The position numbers and the translations under genes are program-made. 64,000 nucleotides of DNA from Macrostomum lignano (taxonomy: Eukaryota): positions 310,001-374,000 of the forward strand of contig NIVC01000583.1 of NCBI GenBank assembly GCA_002269645.1, read 5' to 3'. This document shows, in pieces, positions 10,793 through 23,200 of the stretch. The stretch's first letter is position 1; each line of letters opens with the position of its first letter. The notes under the pieces are model-generated. The model did not search any database. It worked only from the letters and a program-made list of their open reading frames with translations, and had not been told where the DNA came from.

Positions 10793-13363
10793 ATGAAGCG
10801 AGCATCTTCTCCATTAGAGCGTGACGCAAAGCGACAAAAATTGCTAACGCACTTTTTTGTTACACCACCTGGTCCTGCCACTGCTGCTGCAAAGTTATCT
10901 GCTGCTTCTACTGCTGCTGAGATCCGATTCATTTCTTCTTCTGCTGCTCCTGCTGCTGCTGCCACTGCTGAGAGACCTAGTTCTTCTGCTGTTGCTGTTT
11001 CGGAACAATTTGCTACAACTTGTACTCGTAATTCAGACGAAGCTGAAGCCGGCACCTCTGAATGCGATGCCGAGTTCAATGGAGATACCAGAGAAGCCAA
11101 TGAAGTACAAGTGAGCAAGTTGTCTGACTTTGACATAGGTCTATTCGATCCTGCTGCTGACAGTGCCACTAAGATAGCCTTCCTGACGCAAACGTGGGAG
11201 CCCCCCAGTTCCTACCCAATGCCATTTGAAGAGCGAAAGACAAAGGGCAAAATAGAAAAGAGATTCCTGAGGCACAGTCATCTAGCCGACAAACCCTGGT
11301 TAGCATACTCACATGTAAAGAGTGGCTTGTTCTGCAAAGTTTGTGTGCTATTTGGTACTCAGCAAGGGCAACAAGGTCACCAATTGGGAAGACTAGTTCA
11401 TGAGCCGTTGCAAAAGTACGCAAGACTCTTGGGAGCAGATGGCTATCTCTGCGCTCACGAGCATACCAACTACCACAAAGACAATGTACTGAGAGCACAG
11501 GAGTTCAAGCGAATGGTGCCAGAACAGCACATTGACAGTCGATTGGCAACACAGAGGCAGGAGCAGATTGCAAAGAACAGGCATATCCTCAGCTCCATTG
11601 TGCGTGCCATCCTAGTCTGTGGAAGGAGTGGCTCTGCTCTCAGGGGACACCGAGACGATCATGGTGTGCTAGAGACTGCCGACCGACCTGGCCAGAATGA
11701 TGGTCTCTTTCGAGAGATCCTGCGAGCAATGGTGGACACAGGAGACAAGAGGCTAGAGGAGCATCTGCGCTCTGGACCCGGCAACGCTAAGTACACCAGC
11801 AAGACGATTCAGAATGAGCTGATCGAGTGCATTGGAGAAGTGATTCTGGACCGCCTGAAGGAGCGGATAAACAATGCACAGTTTGTGTCCATCCTGGCTG
11901 ATGAAACAACAGACCAGGCCACAAAGGAGCAGCTGACAGTATGTGTTCGCTATGTGTTTGATGGAGCAATTTGTGAAGACTTTCTGGGATTCACCATTGC
12001 AGAGGACATGACTGGAGCGGGACTTGCGAGGAACATTCTGTCCCAGTTCGTCACTCTCGGCATTCCCTTGGAAGGGCGGCTGGTGGGATTGGGATTTGAT
12101 GGTGCCAGTGCGATGAGCGGCAAGTTCAAGGGAGCTCAAGCAATAATCAGAGAAGAGCACCCCATCGCCATCTACATTCATTGTGCTGCGCATCAACTCA
12201 ATCTGGTCATCAGCAAGAGCAGCGAAGTCCCTGGCATCAGAAATACGTGGGGAAACATCCAAGAGCTGGCGAAGTTCTTCAACAGTTCTGCTCAGAGAGT
12301 GAAGTGTCTGGAGGACATAGTGAAGTCACAGAACCATCAGGCCAATACCCGTCGAGTGAAGAACCTATGCGACACTCGCTGGATTGAAAGACACGATGCG
12401 GTTCTAACAACAAGACATCTACTGATACCAATCGTGCAAGCTCTTGAAGAAGTTCGCGAGCATTCCAACCCAGAAGCATCCAGAAATGCAAAAGCTCTGC
12501 TTAATTCGATGGACGCAGAGTTTCTGGTATCAATCGTGGTTCTGGATGTAACTTTGACTCTCACCAAGGGATTGGCAGAAGCTCTCCAGAAGTGTGCAAT
12601 AGATTTGCTAAGCGCCAGGTTTCTAATTGCGGATGTGCAAGAGCAACTGCAGAAGTGGCGGGAAGAGTCTGCAGAGAAGTTCAGTGAGCTCTGGGAGAAG
12701 ATTCTAGAGACTGCAGAGGCAATTGAAATCGACTTGACTCCTCCTAGGCGAGTTGCGCGTCAAACGAATCGTGCCAATCTTCCTACTACTGATCCCAAGG
12801 ACTACTGGCGTTTGACAATCTTTGTTCCCTTCTTGGATGGACTACTGGTCAACCTGCAAGACCGATTTGCACGCCTTTCTGACGTTGCTTCTGGACTCAG
12901 TGCCCTTATCCCAGCAACAGCCAAGAAGCATGCAAATCCATTCATTCAGCTCAAGCCATCAATGCAGCACTTTGCTTCAGTTCTGCCAAGCCAGGAGCAA
13001 GAGGAGGTTGAAGCAGAATTTAACCAGTGGATGCGACTCTGGCAAAGGGAGGATCCACAGAAATGGCCCACAACTTTGACTAAGACAATCTTGGAGTGCG
13101 ACCATAGCCTGTTTCCCAACATCAGCACTCTCTTGAACATTTACGCAACGCTGCCTGTCTCCACTGCCACTGGAGAAAGATCCTTCTCTTCGCTGAAGTT
13201 CCTAAAGAATTACTTGCGCAGCACCATGGGAGAAGAGCGGCTGAATGGACTGGCATTGGCCTTCATCCACAAGGACATGATTTGTAATACTGCAAGTACA
13301 ATATCTGCAACTGTGGAGAAGTTTCTGTCAAAGGATGTCAATCGCCGTGCCTGCTTCAATTAA
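10793..13363 (+). CDS. hAT transposase, ZMYM1/P52rIPK-like (TTF-type zinc finger, DUF4371, hATC dimerisation domain), about 856 aa
   Basis: Frame is open 10550-13363; first plausible ATG is 10793 (MKRASSPLERDAKRQK). Motifs GLFCKVC...H, LRGHRD, ILADETTD, GFDGASAM, HCAAHQLNL, CDTRWIER and LPVSTATGERSFSSLKFLKNYLRSTM. Confidence 0.93.
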   Translation: MKRASSPLERDAKRQKLLTHFFVTPPGPATAAAKLSAASTAAEIRFISSSAAPAAAATAERPSSSAVAVSEQFATTCTRNSDEAEAGTSECDAEFNGDTREANEVQVSKLSDFDIGLFDPAADSATKIAFLTQTWEPPSSYPMPFEERKTKGKIEKRFLRHSHLADKPWLAYSHVKSGLFCKVCVLFGTQQGQQGHQLGRLVHEPLQKYARLLGADGYLCAHEHTNYHKDNVLRAQEFKRMVPEQHIDSRLATQRQEQIAKNRHILSSIVRAILVCGRSGSALRGHRDDHGVLETADRPGQNDGLFREILRAMVDTGDKRLEEHLRSGPGNAKYTSKTIQNELIECIGEVILDRLKERINNAQFVSILADETTDQATKEQLTVCVRYVFDGAICEDFLGFTIAEDMTGAGLARNILSQFVTLGIPLEGRLVGLGFDGASAMSGKFKGAQAIIREEHPIAIYIHCAAHQLNLVISKSSEVPGIRNTWGNIQELAKFFNSSAQRVKCLEDIVKSQNHQANTRRVKNLCDTRWIERHDAVLTTRHLLIPIVQALEEVREHSNPEASRNAKALLNSMDAEFLVSIVVLDVTLTLTKGLAEALQKCAIDLLSARFLIADVQEQLQKWREESAEKFSELWEKILETAEAIEIDLTPPRRVARQTNRANLPTTDPKDYWRLTIFVPFLDGLLVNLQDRFARLSDVASGLSALIPATAKKHANPFIQLKPSMQHFASVLPSQEQEEVEAEFNQWMRLWQREDPQKWPTTLTKTILECDHSLFPNISTLLNIYATLPVSTATGERSFSSLKFLKNYLRSTMGEERLNGLALAFIHKDMICNTASTISATVEKFLSKDVNRRACFN

Positions 13364-14395
13364 GTGATTCCAATTCGTTAATTCCAATTTCCATTCTTCT
13401 ACGCTCTATTTGCTACTAACGATTGCTTATTCGCGTCTCACTGCAACACGTACATTCTATTCAAATTTCAAATTAAAATATTATAGTGTTGGTCTTCTCA
13501 CATTGTCATTGACTTTCTTTTAAATGAAGCCTTGATAACTCACTAAATATAATTGTCAATATTGGCCAAAACGGGTTAGTTCTTCCCGAGACCCGAGCCA
13601 ACTTCTACTACTACCCTCATGTGTCAGAGTCATTTGCACCACTCTAGGCATTAAAATGTATGCAAAAATTGATATATCCTCTCAAGATCTTGTATTGAGC
13701 ATAGATGAAAGATAGATGGATTGGGATTACTTAGTTTCTAGTTTCTGTACTCGCATATCCGCCACCCCACTTAAGAAATCCTGGATCCGCCACTGATAAA
13801 ACAATACCGTGGTATTATAATTTAGCTAGCAAATTCTTTTTTACAGTAGGCTTTTATTATGTTATAAATATTATATCAGTGGGCTTTAATGTGTATCTTT
13901 TTGCCCTGCATACGATTTTCATGCGGAAGAGTGCGGAATAAGCATTCTTCGTGGTTCGATCATGGTTCGATTTCTCTGCCCGATCGCCACGGTGATTCAA
14001 ATTCAGAGATTCACCGTTATATCAGCAGCGACGATGCCGTCTGCAAAAACACGGTGTAGAAGAGTCAGCAATTTTTGCAGCTTTCTTGTTACTAATAATC
14101 TTTGCACTGTAAGATGGACGCACACTAACATTGACAATGAGAAACTTTGTTTAATTTTTTCAATCGTCTTTTCTTCTGAGTTTGGTAAATTGCAAAGCAA
14201 TGATCATCTGCTTACATGTACGAGCGTAGCTAGGTCCTGCTCTCTAATTGCTCCGTTGCTGAATATAAATGTACATAGTAGTTGTGTGAGGCAATTCCGT
14301 TCCGAGATACACATCAGTTGAGATACAGATGTACCCACATCTACTGGTTAGACAAAAATTCGACCTGATTAGACTAGCTTACATCAGACTAGGCA

Positions 14396-14417
14396 TTATT
14401 ATTGTTATTATTATTAT

Positions 14418-14448
<31 letters not shown>

Positions 14449-14495
14449 ATTATTATTATTATTATTATTAATATTATTATTATTATTATTATTAA

Positions 14496-14532
<37 letters not shown>

Positions 14533-14594
14533 ATTATTATTATTATTATTAATATCATTATTATTATTATTAATATTATTATTATTATTATAAT

Positions 14595-14625
<31 letters not shown>

Positions 14626-14656
14626 ATTATTAGTATTACTAATATTATAATTATTA
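14396..14656. repeat. (ATT)n microsatellite with AAT interruptions
   Basis: Direct reading of the sequence. Confidence 0.97.
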
Positions 14657-15309
14657 ACAGACGCTGGCACAGGGGGTCAGCAAAGCAGCCTAGCTGCAGA
14701 CTAGACATGCATCCGGTTAGACACAAATGTACATCCGGTTAGACATACACCAGGTTAGACATACATCCGTTCAAACACATCCGGTTATAGACAATACATG
14801 TACATCCATTAATTTGTCTAGGTGAGAACATTGGTGAACTTTAAAAATACAAATTGCACTACTAAATGGGAGCAGCTTTCTATACTCTACACGTTACATT
14901 TGAGCCGCTGGATTTAAGGACTAGAAGCCCGTAGACCAAAGAAACTTTTGTTTCGTAAACAATCTATAGAGCTAGCTGAGCAGCTCACAAATAATATCAG
15001 GTTGCAAAAAGCATTTTGGTGCTAAACAAAATTCGTGGCATTTGCTTCAAAAGTGCGTAAAGTGTCCAATGCTATCAGATAATTTTTCAGAACCGATTTC
15101 ATATGTACTCGTATTTAGGATGAATTTCAATAACTTCTAATAGCATTAATCGAAATACATGTAGGTTACACTCCGGGCGATTGGTAACATTTACCGCTAC
15201 TGAAGTAAGTAGACTATACTGTGCATAATTTAGTTAACAAGCCCACGTGAATATGCAAATACAAAGATTAATTAGATACAAGTATTTTTATATATAGTTA
15301 TTAGAACAG

Positions 15310-15800
15310 TCAATTCGCACTATCAGACGGAACTTTAATTAATATAGGAGTCACTTTGTCAGCGTTGCTTCGATCACCGCGCGAACGCTGATGGTATGCT
15401 GGCCTCGGCGGCTTCATGCAGCTGTTGTTGTTGTTGAGTGGTGCAGCGCCCAGGCCCCAGCTATAGGATCTTGCTTGGTGCTGGCGGCTTCTTCGTTGTC
15501 CGGGATGCCTGCGTGCCCGGGGATCCAGAGCAGAGTGACCTGGCAAGACGGAAGAGGGAGAGCTTGGGCCTGAAGAGGCAACGGGTAGGGCTGTGAAGCG
15601 CGCGGAGCAGTGACTGAGAGTCTCTGCAGATGAGAGCGTATAGTCGTGAGAGTCGGAGGCTGGAGGGCTCAACAGTGCAGATGACCACAGAGAAGCCGCC
15701 GTTGGTGGAGGCCCCACAGTAACGGAGCCATCGCAGTAGTAGGCTGCTGACGCTGCAGTCACTGCAGTACCGACGAGAACAGGCGTTTCGTCGACTGCCT
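15310..15800 (-). CDS. Probable terminal exon of a minus-strand gene, Ser/Pro/Ala-rich, no recognisable domain
   Basis: GC-rich open frame of more than 150 codons ending at stop 15310, with host-like codon style. Upstream exons not located. Confidence 0.4.
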
Positions 15801-16865
15801 GCTGGTTGACGCCTCACTCGCACTTATTTTTGTGACGCTGATGTTGGAAACTGACGGTGTGTTTCTTTGTTGTTGTGTTGGTACAGTGGTCCTTTGTCCT
15901 TTGTCTCTTTGTCTATACATGCATCTCTCCGTGTAAATTTACACGGAGAGATTTACAGGTTTCTACCATTTCTTCAATACTACCATTTCTATCTACCCGG
16001 ATAAGTCAAGCTTTGAAGCTTCTTGCTTATAGGATGTGAAAGGACAATACATGCAGTTATTTCATGTACGATATGTTGCCGTGCACCTTAGCTTGATAAA
16101 ACTTCGCTCTTTAATTTTTCGATCGCGATTTACCTGGTAATTGCAAAATTAAAGAGAAAGAAAAAAATTACTCTTTGCAGGTCCCATCGGCCTATAAACA
16201 GCGCTGAGGAAATTCTGAGCAATACAAGCGCGCGCCAAATCAAGCGCGCTCGCCGAAGCATACGAGTACAAGCGCACGCTCACACAGGGTGCACAGCGGC
16301 CCTGACTTTCTAATCGGTCAGGCATGTACAGTCTCTGCGTCTTAGGGGCTGGCCCTCATGAGTGTGATATGCAACAGCCAGAACCGCCTGCATTATTCAC
16401 TATAGAGCAGAAAACTTTAGGTGTGCTCTTTTTGTAAGAAAAACCCCACTGTGCAAAAATACAGAAAGCATGAATCAGACGATGGAGCACTCGGTGACAG
16501 CAAGCAAAAATGCAACTATAAACTCCAATGGCAGAACAATGGATTCTGAAATTCGAATGTTGAGAAGCTTTCTACCATCAATGAAAAGAGTAAGACGAGC
16601 AGATTTCTTAAGCAGAGTTTCGTCATTGCAAGATAAGAGGAATGCGTAATTAACGTAGAGTCAAATTTAGTCGGGATCGAATGTCTTAGATTTACCTTTC
16701 AATTTGCTATCCAAAGAGCAGGCAATTTCCTGTCGTGTTGCCTGATTTTAAAATGGCTAGAAATAAAGATGACAGTTCGGCAGAAAGACGGAAGAACTGG
16801 AAGGGATTATTGAGAAGATTAAAAGAGACAGAAAGTAAGAAAGGATTGGACTGAGTGCAGTACAT

Positions 16866-17117
<252 letters not shown>

Positions 17118-17207
17118 AATACACAGCAGGAATTACTGCGGGGCCAGTTTTTAGAGTTCGCAGAGTTCGAACAATAAACCTCACCCTCCTAGCATTAAAC
17201 AGCATCT

Positions 17208-17220
17208 GTTGCTTAGCAAC
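17208..17220. promoter_or_regulatory. Candidate RFX X-box
   Basis: GTTGCTTAGCAAC fits GTTRCY-N-RGYAAC. Confidence 0.3.
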
Positions 17221-20203
17221 ACGCAGGTAAAATACGCAATTTGCTTTCAAATGAGTGCCATGCAGACAGAACAAATTCTTAACAGCACATCTCAAAACTC
17301 TATTGTGGGCTTGTGGCAAGGCACGAGAGGGAGAGGCAGACAGCTTCAAGTGGAATGATAAGCCCCATTGCCCATTATGGCCGAACAATCACGCACTCAA
17401 GCAGCTCTGCAACCAAGCGTGAAGAGATTAAAAGCGTCGCTGACAGAGCCTTCTCTGTTTATTACGTTACTCGTACGTTTGTTTATTTCAATCTTCAAAT
17501 CTTTTGTGCTCTTCTATTTTATTATGCGCCTATTTTTTACTTTATATTCTTTTCAATAGCAGCCACATTTTCTGCTCAGGCTGGCCATGCACTGGCATCA
17601 GCGGAGAACCTCCTCCCTTCATTCTCTTGACCGCGTTTGTGCCAAACTGAGTTGGAGCAAACACGCGGCACAAAGCCCGCAGCAGATACTGAATCCAAGG
17701 GCGCACCCGATTTTCTATCTCTCCTCTCCGACTCTCTCCGGAAAAAGCAGAAACAGGGGGGGGGGGTGTTCGGATGTTGTACGCGTCGGACTTGATAAAC
17801 TTATTTTTCAACGCCGCGAATACGTGCCAAATTGGCCAGGGGTTTCTATAACTACTACAGCAATTTAGCATAAATAGCGTAAATTATCAGACACAGCTGC
17901 TGTTTCGCTTGCAACTGGAATTTTATCACCTCTCTTGACTCTTGTCAGGTTGGAGCAAACCCGCTTATCAGCAAGCCTGCAACTGTGCGGTGAGTAACCT
18001 TAATGAGTTATAACGATGCCACGTGACACTCTGTCAGACTGAGTCGACAGCCACATTGCAAGTAGGATTCAAGTGGATAGTGTATTTCGTGTTTGAGAAC
18101 TATTAACCTGCTGACATGTGTCACAGTGTCAGTGGTTTGCGCAGGGGGAATGTCACATGGACGCAAGCCTAAGGGGCGCCAATTTATTTGCTTGTCCTCC
18201 TAAGGAAAGTGCCGCATTAATATAATGTTCTTTCTCTTACATGATTACATGAAAATAAATGAAATCTCACGAACGAAATGGGCCCATATAAAGGATTTGA
18301 TTGTCAGCAGTTTCAAGTTCAGCTGTTGTGCAGCTTCATCATGGACCTCCATTTGTTATCGATAAGCTGTTCAAAGCGCTAGTGGCTTTTAAAAAACACA
18401 TTTCAGGTGTTATCAATTTAAAAGCGTCAATGGCTCCGTCCTTCTATTCTTTAATTGTCCTAGGTCGCTTAGTATACACTGTAGAGTTTATAGATCCTCG
18501 CATCACAATCCCAAGAAGTGCAAATATCCGGCCGGGGCATATTCGGTGAGCCGCGTCCTATCCCTCGATGTCTCTCCAGACATGAACCCTATCAATCATA
18601 CACACGATACTGAAACTAGCATCAAAGACATTGCTTAACCTTTGTGTCGGCTGACAGCGTTAGCTGGGTTATATGATGCACAAGATGGAAGCAACAATTG
18701 GAAATCACGACAGAAGGCGTTAAATCCACAGCGACCAAACCAGACGACCTTGAAAGCCTGAAAGTTCACTGAGTTGACATTAATTGTTCACTTTCAGCTA
18801 CTCACTCTCTATAGCTACTGATGCGTTTTTTTCCAGGCTACCCAACTTAACTGGGGTCTTCTTTATTCTACCGCTTATCTATTGATTGATTGACTGTTGA
18901 TAACAGCTAGCGATAAGGCTTGGATCATGTAGCTAACGGTGTAGCAGTTGGCGGGCATCGGTCTGATATCATTTGAGCATGCAGAAGAGAGAGATTTTGC
19001 TACTTCACAATCTTAAAGAATTCGGTCCCGATTCAAAGCTCAAACGCACAGCCCGCTGCTTTATATCTCAGAACTGGGTATATCTGAGAGTGTACAGCGC
19101 GTGTTAATCATTTGTGTTCCCCTTTATAGGCTTGCAGGCAACTCCAGCACAGTAAAATGCTCGCAGATACAGCACGCTGACATTGGGAGAGCCCCGCCAA
19201 CCCCATTGAAAACTGGTCAACCCCGCTTGCATGCGTCACCCCACAGCCCGCCCGCTCCAACTGGGTATTCGCTGCCATGATTATTTATCTGCATACAGTG
19301 GAAACCGTACATTTTTAGACTGTATTCAACTTGAAAACGTAATTCGTCAGGTACAGCTGGCTGTAGCAGAGCACAAAACCTACATTTTAAGCATATGTAG
19401 AGATACGAGTAATGTAAGGTCGCGTCGCATCAAACTTGTCATTGTTGTCAGAGCAAACAATTTGTTACAGTTTCTGCTGTTCTGCGTCCCTCTCCGAATG
19501 ATTTACATAAAGTTTATTAGAACTCTAACCAGAAATAGCTGAAAATTGAAAGGGGCTGTATCTGGTCTTGAGTTACTGAGCAAAGGTAAGTAGCATTTTG
19601 CATTTTCTCTTTGCCTTTTGATTTGAGTGCTACAGTACCGACTCAATGCCTTCGCGTCTTTTGATGAGGCAGCAGCAGCCCTCGACTCTCGAGTCTGATT
19701 CGAGCGGGTGACTTCTTTCACCTTGTGAATAGGGGGCTAAGCGAATGACAGACGCTCTATTAATTACTCTTTTACCTTCTTGAATTGTCACCTGTCTGAG
19801 CAACACATTTACGCTTCACATTTTCACTTGGACCTATCAGTGCATAAAAAAGCCATTTGAATTCCCCGCTTCACTTGCGGCTCTTCCCACTCCATGTCTC
19901 TCCTCTCTTCCTCCATGGGGAAAAGCAACACGCAGTAGGAGTTGCGCCCCACCCCAGCCCGATCCACTGGGGGCCAATCCCATTGCGCCACAGGCCATCA
20001 AAGCCAGCTTGCTTTCTATTTTTCTCAGCTGAGCACCTCTGAGCAGCAGCAGCAACAACAGAGAGGCATCTGGCAGAAGACAAGCCAAGCAAAAAACGGA
20101 CACTTTTGCCAGCAGAAAACTTAGTCAAAAAGCAACCCCTCAGAGCGATATTCAACTCCTTTATCTCCGAATTCAGAGACACAGTTTGGTCGAATCCCAC
20201 AGC

Positions 20204-20217
20204 GTCTCCATGGCAAC
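20204..20217. promoter_or_regulatory. Candidate RFX X-box overlapping the ATG at 20210
   Basis: GTCTCCATGGCAAC. Confidence 0.35.
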
Positions 20218-23200
20218 TAAAACTGACGACGAAGCCAGCTGCTCATCGGATTTCGCGGCGTCAATCGGCGAGGAGCTCACGGTGGTCGATGAGCTGCTGG
20301 TTGAGGCGGGCAGCTTCGAGCCCGCGAGTGGCAGCCGCCAGCGAGGAGAGTCTAGCCCGAGCTCCGGCCAGCCTCCCGGAGCTCCAAAGCGGGCAAAGAT
20401 TGCAGGTGAGAAGCTGCCCACAGAATGAGATTAGCCGCATCTGCAGCGATAATTGCAAGAAATCTGCAGCATGCCTACTAGCAATTTTCGTATCGAGTGT
20501 CCTGGACCAGGCTCGTTCCGAAATTGACTGCAGATGGCCTCTGAAAAATGCAATGAATTTTATAATTAAAAGCAAAGCGTCGCCAGATTTTTCGCAGTTG
20601 CGCCAGAAAAAAAATTTTTTTTCCTGCACCATCGCCTTTTGCTCAGCGGCAGCTTCTCAGCTTGATTTGTAAAAGCAGGCCAGGATGCGCGTGAACTGAC
20701 GCTTTTACTCTCACAGTTTAGTCCTCAGCTGCTGACGCACAAGCAATTGCAACAGCCTGCATGGCCGGCTGCAGGGAGCTGGAAAGAATTTGCATGGGTG
20801 ACTCAGCTCTCTGGGCCGCAACTCCCGCACTGTTGCTTGCTGTGTTGGCCTTCGTCCCCCCAGTCCCCGCTGCTGTGTCTGTACACTGAGTAGCGGATGG
20901 GAAGCCACATTGTTACCTCAGAGACGCGGACACGACTTGCTGCTGCTGCTGCTGTCCACCCATCCACCTGCTTGCTCTCCGCACCTCCGGCACCTCTGCG
21001 TGTGGAGACAGGAATAGCAAACAACACGGCAAAGCCGGGTAGAGTAGGGCTATTTTCGTGTCCTATGAAGCTCTTGCAGCTACTTCAATTAGTAAAGCAA
21101 TTTTAGCTTGTCAATTATGGCAAAAGTATCGCTTCTCATGAAAACCTGAACTAAGGAGCATTCCGTATTTTTTAATTATTTATTTGACTTGCCCATGAGT
21201 TTTGCTTCATGGAGCCATAGCAAGATTGAAATTTTTTTATTCAGTTTTTTAAGCCGTTAATTGGCAAATTTTCTGCTTGCGCTTTGTCGGGTTTTCAATC
21301 TCTCTGGCGTTACCATAGAAACAGTTCATAAACCCTGAAAATGTACAATAACTTCTGCTCGCTTATGGGGCATCCAAAATTAAATGATTTTTTCAAAGCT
21401 TAAATCGGCAAACCTGTCAATCAAAGAGCTTTAAAGTACATGACTGCTAAAAAACCACATTAGCTACATATTGCGAGTAACCAACATGAAATAGTTATCA
21501 AGTAGTCATCTGTTGAGTTCCTAACATAAAGTTTACATTGTTCGGAGACATAGTTCAACTCTTTCCTTCTGGAGGGAGACATGACATACGCTCGTGCAAT
21601 AGTCTATGGCCGCTGCGCCCAAATGCCGCCTCCCTCATCCCTTCCTAATATATAAGTGTCCTAGCCAAGGATAACTTGATAACTTGACAAGTTATCAAGT
21701 TGTCCTTGGTCCTAGCTTCATAATCTTGTTACAAGCCCCGCTATCATTAATGTAGTCCTAAAGCCAAATAAACAAGCAAAGCAAGAAACGAGCTTTGTTA
21801 TTAAGCTAGCATCACAGTACAAGCACGCCCCGCCCCCGCCGATGTGAAATTTTCTGCAGGCTCAAAGTACCGCAGAGGCAAACGGGCCAACAACTCCCAG
21901 TCGAAGTTGAACAGCAGCAGCAGCAGCAGCAGCAGCACAAGCAGCAGCTTGAACAACAATCAAGCGGCAGGCACAGCTTCTGCGTTGAAAATGTCGCTGC
22001 CTCAGTACAACTGGTTCGAGCAGAAACTGCAGCAGCAGCAGCAGCAGAAGAAGAAAAATGCCGGACTGCCGTCTGCCGAAACTGTCAGCGCTGAAGACGC
22101 CGAGGATGAGGACAGCGTGGAGGAGTCCGGCTTCATTCTCGGCGATATGCCAGAGTCGCCTCCCCCGGCGACGTCGCAGGAGCCACCGAAATCGCCACCA
22201 AAGTCGGAGGCAAAGCCGACGCTTGAGAAGACTGAGGACCCAATTGACACCAGCAGCTCAAGGTTCGTCGTGCCTGTAGAAAAATAGTTCTCAGTGAACT
22301 TTCAAAAATTCCATCGTAAATTATGAGAATAGGAACTATAGACTTTTACTTTACGACTATTACCACTAAAAGTACTTCTACTAATTGCAGAGACTCAAAG
22401 CCGGCCGCTCACTGGTACGAAAAGGCCCGACTGCCGCCAAAGAAGCGACGCCTTGTCGTCGACGACTTGACAAGCCGATCGCGTGAGTAAAAAATACCGC
22501 GGGCAAAAAAAATTGGTGTGCCAAAGAATGAAAATAAACTTTTTAGGTTTCAATCATTTTTTTGCTAAGCAGGGGCGTCGCCATGGATTTTATGGTGGGG
22601 GACAAAGCCAATAATTCAACAGGTACATGTACATGAATAAATTCAGACATTTCCATTATTTTGAGAATCGGTGTTGTCAGCACTCATTTTAGCGCCGCAG
22701 GCACTCATTTTGGCGCCGCTGGCACTCATTTTAGCGCCGCAGGCACTCATTTTAGCGCCGCAGGCACTCATTTTAGCGCCGCAGGCACTCATTTTAGCGT
22801 CGCAGGCACTCATTTTGGCGCCGCAGGCACTCATTTTAGCGCCGTAGGCACTCATTTTAGCGCCGCAGGCACTCATTTTGGCGCCGAAGGCGCTATATTT
22901 TGGCGCCCTGAAGAAAAGTTATTGATTACCACAACGAGTCACAATTAGGTGGGGTGGGGGGACAAAGCATTGAGATGTCCCCCCATAGCTTTTACTGGGG
23001 GGGCATGCCCCCCTGTCTCCCCGGTGGCGACGCGCCTGTTGTCAAGTTTAAAAAGAGCTGCTTTGAAATTTAAGATAAATTTAGCAAATTCTATAGACAG
23101 AATAAAAAAACTGAAGCAAAAACATAAGGGCGTGGTCTTACTGACAGTGGCATGGCATTCGTTCTTCTTTCACTGCAGCTCGACCCTTCCTGCTAATAGC

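Larger units (their letters stand above)
9986..13795 (+). mobile_element. Full-length hAT DNA transposon, probably autonomous
   Basis: Perfect 16-bp TIR CAGTGGCGGATCCAGG / CCTGGATCCGCCACTG. Perfect 8-bp TSD ATAAAACA (9978-9985, 13796-13803). Encloses an uninterrupted transposase ORF. Confidence 0.95.

Noticed and set aside
14329-14742. Poly-I/poly-N/poly-L ORFs
   Set aside because: Translations of the (ATT)n microsatellite.
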